Under the pieces are notes generated by a model. It was not told the origin of the DNA and did not search any database. It saw only the letters and a list, made by a program, of their open reading frames with translations. A program made the position numbers and the translations under genes. Below, piece by piece: positions 62,935-64,000 of a DNA stretch of 64,000 nucleotides (positions are counted from its first letter, which is position 1; each line of letters begins with the position of its first letter). The DNA comes from Haliotis rufescens (taxonomy: Eukaryota). The DNA lies in the NCBI RefSeq assembly GCF_023055435.1, contig NW_025964223.1, positions 26,474,001 to 26,538,000 on the forward strand. Direction: 5' to 3'.

Positions 62935-64000
62935 GTTTGTGTGCGTGAGTTTCTCTCTCTTCATTCTCTCCCTAGGTGTGTGGTAGTCTGTGTGCGTGAA
63001 TATTTCTCTCCACCCTCTCTGCCAAGGCGTGTCGTAGTCTGTGTGCGTGAATATCTCTCTACACCCTCTCTGTCAAGGTGTGTGCGTGAGTGTCTCTCTC
63101 TTCATTCTCTCTCTAAGTGTGTGGTAGTCTGTGTGCGTGAATATCTCTCTCCATCCTCTCTGTCAAGGTGCGTGGTAGTCTGTGTGCGTGAATATCTCTC
63201 TCCACCCGCTCTGTCAAGGTGCGTGGTAGTCTGTGTGCGTGAATATTTCTCTACACCCTCTCTGTCAAGGTGCGTGGTAGTCTGTGTGCGTGAATATCTC
63301 TCTCCACCCTCTCTGTCAAGGTGTGTGGTAGTCTGTGTGCGTAAATATCTCTCTCCACCCTCTCTGTCAAGGTGCGTGGTAGTCTGTGTGCGTGAATATC
63401 TCTCTCCACCCTCTCTGTCAAGGTGTGTGGTAGTCTGTGTGCGTAAATATCTCTCTCCACCCTCTCTGTCAAGGTGCGTGGTAGTCTGTGTGCGTGAATA
63501 TCTCTCTACACCCTCTCTGTCAAGGTGTGTGCGTGAGTGTCTCTCTCTTCATTCTCTCTCTAAGTGTGTGGTAGTCAGTGCGCGTGAGTTTCTCTCCCCA
63601 CCTTCTCTGTCAAGGTGCGTGGTAGTGTACGTGAATATCTTTCTCCATCCTCTCTGTCAAGGTGTGTGCGTGAGTGTCTCTCTCTTCATTCTCTCTCTAA
63701 GTGTGTGGTAGTCTGTGTGCGTGAGTTTCACCCTACACATTTTCTCTCTAAGTGCGTGGTAGTCTGTGTGCGTGAATATCTCTCTCCACCCTCACTGTCA
63801 AGGTGTGTGGTAGTCTGTGTGCGTGAATACCTCTCTCCACCCTCTCTGTCAAGGTGTGTGCGTGAGTGTCTCTCTCTTCATTCTCTCTCTAAGTGTGTGG
63901 TAGTCTGTGTGCGTGAATATCTCTCTCCACCCTCTCTGTCAAGGTGTGTGCGTGAGTTTCTCTCTCTTCATTCTCTCTCTAAGTGTGCGGTAGTCTGTGT
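62935..64000. repeat. 51-bp minisatellite with 39-bp deletion variants, running off the window end
   Basis: Unit gtgtgcgtgaatatctctctccaccctctctgtcaaggtgcgtggtagtct; 17-aa period in ORF 62941..63711. Confidence 0.97.

Noticed and set aside
62941-63711. Cys/Val-rich 256-aa ORF
   Set aside because: Translation of the 51/39-bp minisatellite with a GTG start.

Overview
Eukaryotic (animal) genomic DNA, AT-rich and CpG-poor. The repeat families resemble those of molluscs, possibly a gastropod such as abalone (inference only). The window holds the 3' half of a + strand MAP3K7/TAK1 gene. Seven coding exons can be assembled in frame (631/637-717, 3779-4030, 8743-8813, 16270-16329, 41419-41474, 51792-51891, 57314-57403), encoding the Ser/Thr-rich linker and the C-terminal TAB2/3-binding coiled coil; the kinase domain lies upstream of the window. 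The introns (up to 25 kb) and the downstream flank contain about 12 kb of unrelated minisatellites (24-95 bp units), at least four SINE families, several MITE families, a 5'-truncated LINE with a 29-bp target-site duplication and a Penelope-like RT fragment. Nearly all long ORFs in the track are tandem-repeat artefacts. The three most notable observations concern splicing. (1) A 56-bp tandem array was made by amplifying the real branch point/acceptor/exon start of one TAK1 exon, giving nine decoy acceptors that lead to premature stops. (2) (CACT)n-tailed SINEs show a one-sided orientation; their reverse strand would read as GTGAGT splice donors. (3) A symmetric 81/87-nt exon resembles the vertebrate TAK1 cassette exon 12, with further candidate symmetric cassette exons nearby. 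No prokaryotic systems, CRISPR arrays, rRNA or intact tRNA genes are supported.
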